Part shown: positions 63,540-64,000 of the stretch, one piece after another
Layout of the letters: every line of letters begins with the position of its first letter
Numbering within the stretch: the stretch's first letter is position 1
DNA from: the human T2T-CHM13v2.0 reference genome, Homo sapiens
Strand: one strand, 5' to 3'
Length of the DNA: 64,000 bases
NCBI RefSeq assembly: GCF_009914755.1
Contig: NC_060941.1
Translations under genes and position numbers: made by a program
The notes under the pieces: model-generated
What the model was told of the DNA's origin: nothing
Database searches by the model: none
What the model saw: the letters and a program-made list of their open reading frames with translations, nothing else

Positions 63540-64000
63540 TGAGGAACTGCGGGACGCACACCCGCCGGGCGTCCAGGGGGCGCCGCCCCATCCGGGGGTC
63601 GCGGGAAGCTCCTAGGCCGGGTGGGGGACGGAGGCGGACGGGGAGACGCTGCTCCCCCGACTCTCGGCGCCTGGGGGAGGAGCTGGCGCGGAGCAGCTCC
63701 ACCCGGGGCTCCCGGTTGGGGCCGGCCCTCACCGCCTGCCTCGCCGCGGCCGCCGGGAGGGGAGGGGAGAGGAGGGCAGGGAGGGCGGCGCGGGCGCGGT
63801 CCGGGGCCCCGAGGGCGGAGGCCGGCGGCAGGTGCGCGGCGTGGACTACAAGTCCCAGCATGCCCGGCCGCCCTGACCCAGCCCCCGCCGCCGCTTAAAG
63901 GCTCCGGGAGCCGCAGCCGTCGGGTCGCCGCGGCTTTCGCTTTGCTGCCGCGGCTGGGAGGGTGGAAGCGGCAGACTCAGCGGCCGGCTCTACCGGCGTC
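63540..64000 (+). promoter_or_regulatory. KSR1: CpG-island promoter and probable start of the 5' UTR of the downstream gene, likely KSR1
   Basis: Very high GC and CpG density, GC boxes and an ACTACAAGTCCCAGCATGC motif. The gene name comes from recalled synteny with TBC1D3P5 only; no KSR1 coding sequence is inside the window. Confidence 0.65.
63845..63863 (+). promoter_or_regulatory. ZNF143/THAP11-type composite motif
   Basis: ACTACAAGTCCCAGCATGC matches the ACTACAnnTCCCAG promoter motif. Confidence 0.75.

Overview
Primate, very probably human, genomic DNA dense in Alu, L1, L2, LTR and DNA-transposon repeats. It contains no intact protein-coding gene. The main feature is an unprocessed, 14-exon TBC1D3/USP6-family pseudogene on the + strand (~25.4-39.1 kb). 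It has five in-frame stops, two frameshifts, a GT>GC donor and a 1.66-kb antisense L1PA inserted in a coding exon with a 15-bp TSD. Upstream on the - strand is a genomic (intron-containing) fragment of YWHAE (14-3-3 epsilon): exon 3 split by two Alus, intron 3, and the start of exon 4. The window ends in a CpG-island promoter with ZNF143/THAP11 and CTCF motifs. This layout matches my recollection of TBC1D3P5 lying ~25 kb upstream of KSR1 at 17q11; both names rest on recalled synteny, not on a search. I see no evidence of a new biological system. The most interesting signals are evolutionary. The terminal exon carries segments missing from human TBC1D3 as I recall it: a 43-bp piece flanked by TGCAC repeats and a ~0.9-kb piece. 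There is also a YWHAE-TBC1D3 mosaic duplication, an internally deleted L1, a ~340-bp inverted duplication and a fold-back micro-rearrangement. Repeat subfamily names and boundaries were assigned by eye and are approximate.
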